From assembly GCA_965649765.1 (NCBI GenBank), contig OZ287749.1, forward strand, positions 38,254,001 through 38,318,000: 64,000 bases of DNA, written 5' to 3'. Shown here one piece after another: positions 1 to 8,404 of this stretch (position 1 is its first letter; every line of letters begins with the position of its first letter). This stretch comes from Bispira polyomma. Lineage: Eukaryota. The notes under the pieces were generated by a model. That model saw nothing but the letters and a program-made list of their open reading frames with translations, was not told the DNA's origin and ran no database searches. Position numbers and translations under genes: made by a program.

Positions 1-1646
1 GCCTCAATCAGGTAGTCAACTGTGATGCTTGCATCCAATGGGGTCATGGTATGTAATCTCTTTTCAGGTCTGTCCCTTTTAGCTGCCTGACTTCGTGTTT
101 GCACTGCATTCACACTTTGGGAATTCTGTTGCGGATCACTTGAAATAACCAGTTGAATATCTTTTCCAGAAGACATCTTCCAGTCTGGATCAGGACTCCC
201 TGGTGACCTCACTCCAGTAATATTTCCCAGCACAAGTGGACAGACAGGATTGTTCATGCACATCGCTTCGACAGTCCCAACAAAATATGGAGTATCAATT
301 TCAATGGTAGCAGAGGACACTCTCTTACCTGTCCCATCCACTAATATACACAGGTGCTTCTTGCCCGTCAGCTGTTCAGGCTCCACCAAGCTTTGCTTTA
401 CCACCACACCAGTACAGCCTGTATCTCTTAAGACATCAACAACATGGGATCCTACTTTTCCTTTTACCACAGGCATGTTCTTCAGAATACCCTTCTGTTT
501 CTCATGTTGATCACATGCCCCACTCACAATAGGAATCTTCTTTCCACATGCCAACTTGATGTTGTCCTGACTGACACAAGCATGCTCACAAGTATGTACA
601 GCACAAGCAGAAGAACCTTCTACACCTTTATCTTTGACCTGAGTCTTTACCGTTTCCTTCATATCTTCAGTAATCGCAGAGGCAATGGTCTTTACCCATG
701 CTTTAGCTTTCAAATGGCAGTCTTTAGCGATATGTCCCATTTTTCCACATTTAAAGCACTTCTTGCCAAAACTACTACCTTGCCTTTTGTTGTCCACTGA
801 AACAGATTTACTAACAGGTGGTTTGGATGTCTGTAAATCAGGATGGGCCGCTAGGTACATCTCTGCCAGTTCCGCCATCTCTGATGCAGTTGTTGGGTTC
901 CTTTCCTTAAGAAAAATAGCAAGACTTTTGCTACTGGCATTAAGAAACTGTTCCCTCACTAATAAGTCTTCAATTCCGTCAAAAGACTTCTCAGTATTGC
1001 TCAGTTCCACCCAACGTTTTAAATAATTACGGAGTCTCTCCATGAACTGACCTGAGCTCTCACCAGGTGTAATTGTACCAGAACGAAACTTGACCCTGAA
1101 GCCCTCATCGTTCAGTTGGTATCTCTTGAGCAAAGCCGTCTTCAGTTTGTCATAATCATTTGCCTCCTCGTTACTGAGTCTTGAATACACTTCCAAGGCC
1201 TTACCAGTTAACAACGCACTAAGATTGATGGACCAACTTTCCTCAGGCCACTTCTGACTTGCAGCGAAACGTTCAAAACGAAGCAAGTAAGCGTCCATAT
1301 CAGACTTCCCATCTTCAAAAACAGGCAACTTTGGAGTATGCGACTTCGTATAATTCACGCTTGAAAAGGTACTTTGCTCAGCCCTGATTGAAACATCTGC
1401 AGCTCTAATCTCCAGTTCTTTCACATCTCTTTCCATCTGTAACCTCTCTCTATCACTTTGCTGTTGCAACTCGACCATATCTCTGTCATGTGCTCTTTTA
1501 AGTCGTCTCTCCTCTCTTTCTCTGTCTTGCACCTCCCTTTCTCTTGCCTGCTCTCCAGCCTGCTCCTCTCTGACAAACTCTCTCAGTTCCAACCCTTCAT
1601 AACCCAACTCCTTCCCGAGTTTAATTAAGCGCTCTAGCTGATCCAT
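1..1646 (-). CDS. Gag-Pol polyprotein, N-terminal part (Gag, protease, start of integrase region); cut by the window edge
   Basis: Matches 6318-7963. ATG at 1646-1644. Absent from the ORF track because its stop lies outside the window. Confidence 0.93.
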   Translation of the reverse strand, partial: MDQLERLIKLGKELGYEGLELREFVREEQAGEQAREREVQDREREERRLKRAHDRDMVELQQQSDRERLQMERDVKELEIRAADVSIRAEQSTFSSVNYTKSHTPKLPVFEDGKSDMDAYLLRFERFAASQKWPEESWSINLSALLTGKALEVYSRLSNEEANDYDKLKTALLKRYQLNDEGFRVKFRSGTITPGESSGQFMERLRNYLKRWVELSNTEKSFDGIEDLLVREQFLNASSKSLAIFLKERNPTTASEMAELAEMYLAAHPDLQTSKPPVSKSVSVDNKRQGSSFGKKCFKCGKMGHIAKDCHLKAKAWVKTIASAITEDMKETVKTQVKDKGVEGSSACAVHTCEHACVSQDNIKLACGKKIPIVSGACDQHEKQKGILKNMPVVKGKVGSHVVDVLRDTGCTGVVVKQSLVEPEQLTGKKHLCILVDGTGKRVSSATIEIDTPYFVGTVEAMCMNNPVCPLVLGNITGVRSPGSPDPDWKMSSGKDIQLVISSDPQQNSQSVNAVQTRSQAAKRDRPEKRLHTMTPLDASITVDYLIE

Positions 1647-1772
1647 GTCACTATGGTTACCTTACACACTACTACTACTGGGGTACAACTTCTGGACAAG
1701 GCACACAAGGCCAACCGTAACACTTTTGATCACTTACACACACTGTATGACTACAGCCACAGAACACTTGAC

Positions 1773-1868
1773 TTGGGAATCCACCCAAAATAATGAGAAT
1801 CCACTCAAATATGTGTGATGAGAATCCACTCTATCACAATCCTAATACTGAGAATCCACTCAGTTATT
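1773..1868 (-). promoter_or_regulatory. Four stem-loops with identical UGGAUU loop in the 5' leader (candidate packaging/dimerisation signal)
   Basis: Plus strand: TTGGG-AATCCA-CCCAA, TGAG-AATCCA-CTCA, TGTGATGAG-AATCCA-CTCtATCACA, AATACTGAG-AATCCA-CTCAGTtATT. Confidence 0.6.
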
Positions 1869-2068
1869 TACCTGAACACTTGTTCACAACGTAATAACCT
1901 TAAGTTGAGTATCCACGCACCCACCCAAATAGTATGAAATCCAACACAACTGTTCCCGGAAATAATACTATGTACCCCCCTAAGCTGATATACATATAAT
2001 ACATGCAACTACCTTACCCTGCCACACCTAGTATATACTTCTATGTTACATGTCACTAAATTTGGGAT

Positions 2069-2086
2069 ATCCTGGTCATGGCACCA
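2069..2086 (-). promoter_or_regulatory. Primer-binding site, probably tRNA-His (repeats every 6317 bp)
   Basis: Minus strand TGGTGCCATGACCAGGAT, 1 nt after the LTR ...AACA. The plus strand ATCCTGGTCATGGCACCA matches the insect-type tRNA-His(GUG) 3' end as I recall it (ATCCTGGTCACGGCA-CCA) at 17/18 nt. Confidence 0.85.
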
Positions 2087-2087
2087 A

Positions 2088-2947
2088 TGTTACATTTATG
2101 TTACATTTTAACACTAAAATGTTGGGTCAAAGATCGTATAGTAGTTCCCAAACCAAGTTTATTCTAAATACATGAAAACAACAACAATATACTATAACAA
2201 AAATAATATTTAAACACCCTAAATATCTGACGCCAGAACTATTAACGGTAATAATATTCCACAAGATGTAAACAAAACAAATGGTAAGTCAATTCAAAGT
2301 TCACAGTTGAACAACAGTTAATTTGCTGTAACTCTACACCAGCAAATAAGGTACGTATCCAGCCTGTATAGCAGTATGGTAATTCTCCTTGAATGTAATG
2401 TACATATAATAGTTCACCAGCATGTAGGAAATCAGAGTAGTCAAAGGTAACCAGTAGCGACCTCATTATACTAGGATCACATCAGTAAGACTTGGGTAGG
2501 TATAACCTCATGTAGCCCAGTTCACTACCAGCTATAGGGTGATGCTCACTATAGTCTACAAATAAAGGACTAAACTACTGAACATTGGGCTTGGAAATAA
2601 ACTAAAGTAGTTCTCAACTGAGTATACATTAAAGCATGATAATAACAACCTACATCTATACAATAAGAAATAAACTACACATTAAACTAAAGAATCCTAA
2701 TGCACAAATTATATAAAGTAATATTTACTCACATTATACACCCCAGTACAAAATAACCCAACTTGCTCCACCTTGTCCTTTTAACATGTGAGAAAGATTA
2801 TACAAAGACAGAAGCCTAAATACCATAACAGGCAATATTCACATATTGAAAATCACACACACACAATCTGTGTTCTAACCATAGTATTTTCGTATTTAAT
2901 TTACACTCAAATAACCTAACCATAATATTTACACTCAATACACAACA
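2088..2947 (-). repeat. LTR (~860 bp), shared between adjacent elements
   Basis: Minus strand ends ...TGTAACA, 1 nt before the PBS (2088 boundary firm). It begins TGTTGTG just after the purine tract AGGGTGGAAGTA (2947 boundary less certain), giving TGTT...AACA termini. Contains AATAAA. Confidence 0.75.
2158..2163 (-). terminator. Polyadenylation signal in LTR
   Basis: Minus-strand AATAAA 70 nt from the LTR 3' end, preceded by a U-rich stretch containing TGTA (…ttgttttcaTGTAtttagAATAAA). Confidence 0.6.
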
Positions 2948-2961
2948 TACTTCCACCCTAA
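2948..2961 (-). promoter_or_regulatory. Polypurine tract (repeats every 6317 bp)
   Basis: Minus strand TTAGGGTGGAAGTA, ~80 nt after the pol stop and directly followed by TGTT. Confidence 0.6.
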
Positions 2962-3040
2962 GACCATACTTGCTATTGTTACAAAAATAACCGCCAACAA
3001 CCTCACCCACAAACTACTGTTCAGCAATCTTAAAAATAAA

Positions 3041-6000
3041 TTACGCTCTGCTCAGATAGTCAGCAGCAACATTTTCTGAACTCCTTATAGCTCTAATCTT
3101 GAAACTAAATGATTGTAAGAACAATGCCCAACGCATAATGCGGCTATTATCCATTTTTGACCTCTTAATGTAAATGAGGGGCTGATGATCAGTCTCAACT
3201 AAGAATTCTTTCCCATACAAATATGGAGCAAATTTCTTGATTGCCCAAACTAGTGATAAGCATTCTTTCTCTATTACAGCATAGTGCTTTTGAGTATCAG
3301 ACAGCTTTTTACTAGCATATTCTACAGGAAACTTGCCATCATCACCTTCCTGCATCAATACCGCTCCTATACCATATTCAGAGGCATCACTCTGCACAAT
3401 AAATGGTTTCGCAAAATCTGGTAATCTTAGAATTGGTCTCTTTGCTAGAAGTTCTTTCAAAGCCTGAAAAGCTTTATCTTGAGGTTCCTGCCACAGTACT
3501 TTGTTAGGTTGACCTTTCTTAGTGAGATCCGATAATGGTGCAGAGATAGCACTGAAGTTGGGAATATACTTCGAGTAGTAACCAATAAAACCAAGGAAAC
3601 TTCGCACCTGCTTCTTGGTCACAGGTATAGGCACTGACAAAATATTCAAAACCTTTTCTTCGTCCGGTTTCATAGAACCATCACCAACATGATTCCCTAA
3701 AAAATTGAGGTTTTTGAAACCTATTTGACACTTTGACGGCTTTACGGTTAAGTGCGCATTTCTGAGTCGCTGGAAGAGTTTCCTCAATTCACTCAAATGC
3801 TGGTCCCACAAAGGCGTGTGACATAGAATATCATCTACAAAACTGTCACAGAAATACAGATCTTTCAATAACTTCCGCACCATCTTGTTGAAGGTTGCCG
3901 TAGCATTTACCAAGCCAAAAGGCATCTTGAGAAAGCGAAAGCTTCCCTGAGGAGTGAGAAAGCACGTCTTATCTTGACTACCTTCTTCCATTGGTATTTG
4001 CCAGTATCCCTTTGTCATGTCAAACTTACTGAAGAATACATCCCCTGACAATTTTGAATATATGTCATTAGCCGTCATCATTGGCTCTGTTGAAAATACA
4101 GTTTGTAGGTTAAGATTCCGATAATCTGCACAGAAGCGAATTTTCCCGTCCTTTTTCTTCACCAGCACAATAGGTGATGCGTAAGGTGAGTCACAACTAC
4201 CGATCACACCCAACTTCAGCATAGTCTCAACTTCTTCATCAACGACCTTCCGGAGATGATAAGGTATGGGATATGGCCTCTTCCTGACAGGCTCATCAGT
4301 ATTCAACACAATTTTGTGCTCTACTAAATCCGTAGTGCCTGGCAAATCAGAAAATATATCTTGGTACTCTTTGAGTAACTGTTGGACTTCTTGCTTTTGA
4401 TTTTCTGTTAGTGTAGGACTAATGGTCACATCTTTGTAAGATTCATTCTGAAGATACGGAAATAAATCAATTAAGTTTTCTTGCGTCTCTTCTTGTTCCT
4501 CCTCAATCAAAGATACAGCCACCATGTCCAATGGTGCACCACCAACAGGCAAGTCACTTCTCACATCACTTTCACGTCGTTCGAGGTAATGCTTCAACAT
4601 GTTAGCGTGAATAACTTTCACCTTCCCTTTCATGCTGACAGAGTAGTCATTCACACCCTTAACATCCATGACCTCATACGGACCTTTCCAAGACATCAAC
4701 AGTTTATTGGCTACAGTAGGCAGTAATACCAGAACCTTATCACCAACTTGGAATTTCCTCGGTTTGGTCTTCTTATCATACCATATCTTCGATTTTGCTT
4801 GATTCTTTCTCAACTCTTCTTGGGCCAACTTACAAGTATCTTCCAATTTATTTCTCAAATCAATAACATACTCATAGGTTGTCTTGACTTCATCTGGGGT
4901 TCCTTCCTTTGTCCACAACTCATGAAGTATCTGCATAGGTCCACGGACAGTTCTTCCATAGAGCAACTCAAATGGTGAAAATCCTAGGCTAGCTTGAGGA
5001 GTCTCTCTATAGGCAAATAAAACTGCCGGAATGTACCGGTCCCAGTCTTTAGGTTTCTCCTGACATAACCTTCTCAGCATTGACTTCAGTACAAGGTGGA
5101 ATTTCTCAACAAGCCCATTGCACATGGGGTGGTACGGTGTAGTAACCAGCCGGTTGATACTCAGCAACCGTGAGACCTCAGACATCACACTGCTCAGGAA
5201 CTGAGAACCTTGGTCACTCAAAACTTCTGATGGCACACCTACTCTTGTAAATATGTTGACCAATGCCTCGGCAACAGCTTCAGAATCTATGCGTTTCAAT
5301 GGAACAACCTCTGGATACCTGGTGGCATAGTCCATCAAAGTTAACATATAACGGTAGCCCCTATCTGAAACTGGATTAATGGGTCCAACCAAGTCAATCG
5401 CTACCCTTTTGAAGGGCGTGTCAATTATGGGCATGTTTTGCAATGGAACTTTTGGCAGTCTTCCCTTCTGTGAAGTCCTCTGGCATATGTCACACGAATT
5501 ACTGAATCTGCTGACATCATTTTGAAGGCCTGGCCAGTAAAAATTCTGCAAAATCTTGTCCGTTGTCTTTCGTATGCCCAAATGTCCTCCAAGTAAAGCT
5601 TCATGCGCAAGCTTTAGTACTTTTGTTCTAAGTATCTTTGGAACCATCAATTGCTTCACCACGGAGCTGTTGACATCAGACAAAAACCTTCGGTAAAGTA
5701 GTCGAGACTTCACTTCAAACCAGGTCACATTGTTGCCTCTAACACATGACTTCTGCCCACTCTTGGCTAACTCCCAATAACGCTCAAGGCTGCTATCAGA
5801 CATCTGGGCCTCAATCAGGTAGTCAACTGTGATGCTTGCATCCAATGGGGTCATGGTATGTAATCTCTTTTTATCTGAAACTGGATTAATGGGTCCAACC
5901 AAGTCAATCGCTACCCTTTTGAAGGGCGTGTCAATTATGGGCATGTTTTGCAATGGAACTTTTGGCAGTCTTCCCTTCTGTGAAGTCCTCTGGCATATGT

Positions 6001-7963
6001 CACACGAATTACTGAATCTGCTGACATCATTTTGAAGGCCTGGCCAGTAAAAATTCTGCAAAATCTTGTCCGTTGTCTTTCGTATGCCCAAATGTCCTCC
6101 AAGTAAAGCTTCATGCGCAAGCTTTAGTACTTTTGTTCTAAGTATCTTTGGAACCATCAATTGCTTCACCACGGAGCTGTTGACATCAGACAAAAACCTT
6201 CGGTAAAGTAGTCGAGACTTCACTTCAAACCAGGTCACATTGTTGCCTCTAACACATGACTTCTGCCCACTCTTGGCTAACTCCCAATAACGCTCAAGGC
6301 TGCTATCAGACATCTGGGCCTCAATCAGGTAGTCAACTGTGATGCTTGCATCCAATGGGGTCATGGTATGTAATCTCTTTTCAGGTCTGTCCCTTTTAGC
6401 TGCCTGACTTCGTGTTTGCACTGCATTCACACTTTGGGAATTCTGTTGCGGATCACTTGAAATAACCAGTTGAATATCTTTTCCAGAAGACATCTTCCAG
6501 TCTGGATCAGGACTCCCTGGTGACCTCACTCCAGTAATATTTCCCAGCACAAGTGGACAGACAGGATTGTTCATGCACATCGCTTCGACAGTCCCAACAA
6601 AATATGGAGTATCAATTTCAATGGTAGCAGAGGACACTCTCTTACCTGTCCCATCCACTAATATACACAGGTGCTTCTTGCCCGTCAGCTGTTCAGGCTC
6701 CACCAAGCTTTGCTTTACCACCACACCAGTACAGCCTGTATCTCTTAAGACATCAACAACATGGGATCCTACTTTTCCTTTTACCACAGGCATGTTCTTC
6801 AGAATACCCTTCTGTTTCTCATGTTGATCACATGCCCCACTCACAATAGGAATCTTCTTTCCACATGCCAACTTGATGTTGTCCTGACTGACACAAGCAT
6901 GCTCACAAGTATGTACAGCACAAGCAGAAGAACCTTCTACACCTTTATCTTTGACCTGAGTCTTTACCGTTTCCTTCATATCTTCAGTAATCGCAGAGGC
7001 AATGGTCTTTACCCATGCTTTAGCTTTCAAATGGCAGTCTTTAGCGATATGTCCCATTTTTCCACATTTAAAGCACTTCTTGCCAAAACTACTACCTTGC
7101 CTTTTGTTGTCCACTGAAACAGATTTACTAACAGGTGGTTTGGATGTCTGTAAATCAGGATGGGCCGCTAGGTACATCTCTGCCAGTTCCGCCATCTCTG
7201 ATGCAGTTGTTGGGTTCCTTTCCTTAAGAAAAATAGCAAGACTTTTGCTACTGGCATTAAGAAACTGTTCCCTCACTAATAAGTCTTCAATTCCGTCAAA
7301 AGACTTCTCAGTATTGCTCAGTTCCACCCAACGTTTTAAATAATTACGGAGTCTCTCCATGAACTGACCTGAGCTCTCACCAGGTGTAATTGTACCAGAA
7401 CGAAACTTGACCCTGAAGCCCTCATCGTTCAGTTGGTATCTCTTGAGCAAAGCCGTCTTCAGTTTGTCATAATCATTTGCCTCCTCGTTACTGAGTCTTG
7501 AATACACTTCCAAGGCCTTACCAGTTAACAACGCACTAAGATTGATGGACCAACTTTCCTCAGGCCACTTCTGACTTGCAGCGAAACGTTCAAAACGAAG
7601 CAAGTAAGCGTCCATATCAGACTTCCCATCTTCAAAAACAGGCAACTTTGGAGTATGCGACTTCGTATAATTCACGCTTGAAAAGGTACTTTGCTCAGCC
7701 CTGATTGAAACATCTGCAGCTCTAATCTCCAGTTCTTTCACATCTCTTTCCATCTGTAACCTCTCTCTATCACTTTGCTGTTGCAACTCGACCATATCTC
7801 TGTCATGTGCTCTTTTAAGTCGTCTCTCCTCTCTTTCTCTGTCTTGCACCTCCCTTTCTCTTGCCTGCTCTCCAGCCTGCTCCTCTCTGACAAACTCTCT
7901 CAGTTCCAACCCTTCATAACCCAACTCCTTCCCGAGTTTAATTAAGCGCTCTAGCTGATCCAT
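3041..7963 (-). CDS. Gag-Pol polyprotein (Gag-PR-IN-RT-RNase H), Gmr1-like Ty3/Gypsy
   Basis: 1640 aa. CCHC knuckle CFKCGKMGHIAKDC (7034-7075); protease LRDTG (DTG 6734-6742); integrase HHCC twice, D(AIDL)-D(SDQG)-35 aa-E(GLVEK), GPY motif WKGPY; Gypsy-type RT (YASPIVLVKKKDGKIRFCADYR, KFDMTKGYWQI, MPFGL, FVDD at 3830-3841); RNase H (SDAS, EKE, TDH, ADYLSR). Confidence 0.97.
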   Translation of the reverse strand: MDQLERLIKLGKELGYEGLELREFVREEQAGEQAREREVQDREREERRLKRAHDRDMVELQQQSDRERLQMERDVKELEIRAADVSIRAEQSTFSSVNYTKSHTPKLPVFEDGKSDMDAYLLRFERFAASQKWPEESWSINLSALLTGKALEVYSRLSNEEANDYDKLKTALLKRYQLNDEGFRVKFRSGTITPGESSGQFMERLRNYLKRWVELSNTEKSFDGIEDLLVREQFLNASSKSLAIFLKERNPTTASEMAELAEMYLAAHPDLQTSKPPVSKSVSVDNKRQGSSFGKKCFKCGKMGHIAKDCHLKAKAWVKTIASAITEDMKETVKTQVKDKGVEGSSACAVHTCEHACVSQDNIKLACGKKIPIVSGACDQHEKQKGILKNMPVVKGKVGSHVVDVLRDTGCTGVVVKQSLVEPEQLTGKKHLCILVDGTGKRVSSATIEIDTPYFVGTVEAMCMNNPVCPLVLGNITGVRSPGSPDPDWKMSSGKDIQLVISSDPQQNSQSVNAVQTRSQAAKRDRPEKRLHTMTPLDASITVDYLIEAQMSDSSLERYWELAKSGQKSCVRGNNVTWFEVKSRLLYRRFLSDVNSSVVKQLMVPKILRTKVLKLAHEALLGGHLGIRKTTDKILQNFYWPGLQNDVSRFSNSCDICQRTSQKGRLPKVPLQNMPIIDTPFKRVAIDLVGPINPVSDKKRLHTMTPLDASITVDYLIEAQMSDSSLERYWELAKSGQKSCVRGNNVTWFEVKSRLLYRRFLSDVNSSVVKQLMVPKILRTKVLKLAHEALLGGHLGIRKTTDKILQNFYWPGLQNDVSRFSNSCDICQRTSQKGRLPKVPLQNMPIIDTPFKRVAIDLVGPINPVSDRGYRYMLTLMDYATRYPEVVPLKRIDSEAVAEALVNIFTRVGVPSEVLSDQGSQFLSSVMSEVSRLLSINRLVTTPYHPMCNGLVEKFHLVLKSMLRRLCQEKPKDWDRYIPAVLFAYRETPQASLGFSPFELLYGRTVRGPMQILHELWTKEGTPDEVKTTYEYVIDLRNKLEDTCKLAQEELRKNQAKSKIWYDKKTKPRKFQVGDKVLVLLPTVANKLLMSWKGPYEVMDVKGVNDYSVSMKGKVKVIHANMLKHYLERRESDVRSDLPVGGAPLDMVAVSLIEEEQEETQENLIDLFPYLQNESYKDVTISPTLTENQKQEVQQLLKEYQDIFSDLPGTTDLVEHKIVLNTDEPVRKRPYPIPYHLRKVVDEEVETMLKLGVIGSCDSPYASPIVLVKKKDGKIRFCADYRNLNLQTVFSTEPMMTANDIYSKLSGDVFFSKFDMTKGYWQIPMEEGSQDKTCFLTPQGSFRFLKMPFGLVNATATFNKMVRKLLKDLYFCDSFVDDILCHTPLWDQHLSELRKLFQRLRNAHLTVKPSKCQIGFKNLNFLGNHVGDGSMKPDEEKVLNILSVPIPVTKKQVRSFLGFIGYYSKYIPNFSAISAPLSDLTKKGQPNKVLWQEPQDKAFQALKELLAKRPILRLPDFAKPFIVQSDASEYGIGAVLMQEGDDGKFPVEYASKKLSDTQKHYAVIEKECLSLVWAIKKFAPYLYGKEFLVETDHQPLIYIKRSKMDNSRIMRWALFLQSFSFKIRAIRSSENVAADYLSRA
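5362..6381. repeat. Perfect in-frame tandem duplication, 2 x 510 bp, in the integrase N-terminal region
   Basis: 5362-5871 equals 5872-6381. Also at 11679, 17996, 24313, 30630, 36947, 43264, 49581, 55898 and 62215. The peptide KRLHTM...PVSD appears twice. Confidence 0.97.
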
Positions 7964-8404
7964 GTCACTATGGTTACCTTACACACTACTACTACTGGGG
8001 TACAACTTCTGGACAAGGCACACAAGGCCAACCGTAACACTTTTGATCACTTACACACACTGTATGACTACAGCCACAGAACACTTGACTTGGGAATCCA
8101 CCCAAAATAATGAGAATCCACTCAAATATGTGTGATGAGAATCCACTCTATCACAATCCTAATACTGAGAATCCACTCAGTTATTTACCTGAACACTTGT
8201 TCACAACGTAATAACCTTAAGTTGAGTATCCACGCACCCACCCAAATAGTATGAAATCCAACACAACTGTTCCCGGAAATAATACTATGTACCCCCCTAA
8301 GCTGATATACATATAATACATGCAACTACCTTACCCTGCCACACCTAGTATATACTTCTATGTTACATGTCACTAAATTTGGGATATCCTGGTCATGGCA
8401 CCAA

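Noticed and set aside
250-1026. Plus-strand ORFs of 86, 118 and 113 aa, recurring each unit
   Set aside because: Antisense shadows of gag/protease with no recognisable motifs; recurrence only reflects the array.
1773-1868. GAGAATCCACTC repeats with variable spacers as a CRISPR-like array
   Set aside because: Repeats ~12 bp and spacers irregular and too short; eukaryotic retroelement context with no cas genes. Better explained as RNA hairpins.
2069-2146. tRNA-His gene or pseudogene
   Set aside because: Only two short fragments, in reversed order (3' end before D-arm), with no anticodon arm.
2532-2716. LTR hairpin at 2532-2554, TCAGT initiator-like sites (2577-2581, 2617-2621) and TATA-like TATATAA (~2709-2715)
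   Set aside because: Expected by chance in AT-rich sequence; spacing does not define a promoter without transcript data.
2977-2983. Alternative LTR 5' end at 2983 (TGTAACA on the minus strand)
   Set aside because: Preceded by a T-rich stretch rather than a purine tract, so 2947 is preferred; only an array end or solo LTR can settle it.
2242-3010. Minus-strand 74-aa and 64-aa ORFs after pol as a possible env or accessory gene
   Set aside because: Short, lying mostly within the T/G-rich LTR, with no clear signal peptide, furin site or fusion-protein features.
4481-6120. Small ORFs overlapping integrase (81, 76, 61, 68 aa)
   Set aside because: Off-frame or antisense shadows; the paired 61-aa ORFs merely mirror the 510-bp duplication.
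3041-7963. Ty1/copia classification from domain order
   Set aside because: RT, RNase H and GPY motifs are Gypsy-type; copia signatures such as GKGY and YGLKQ are absent.
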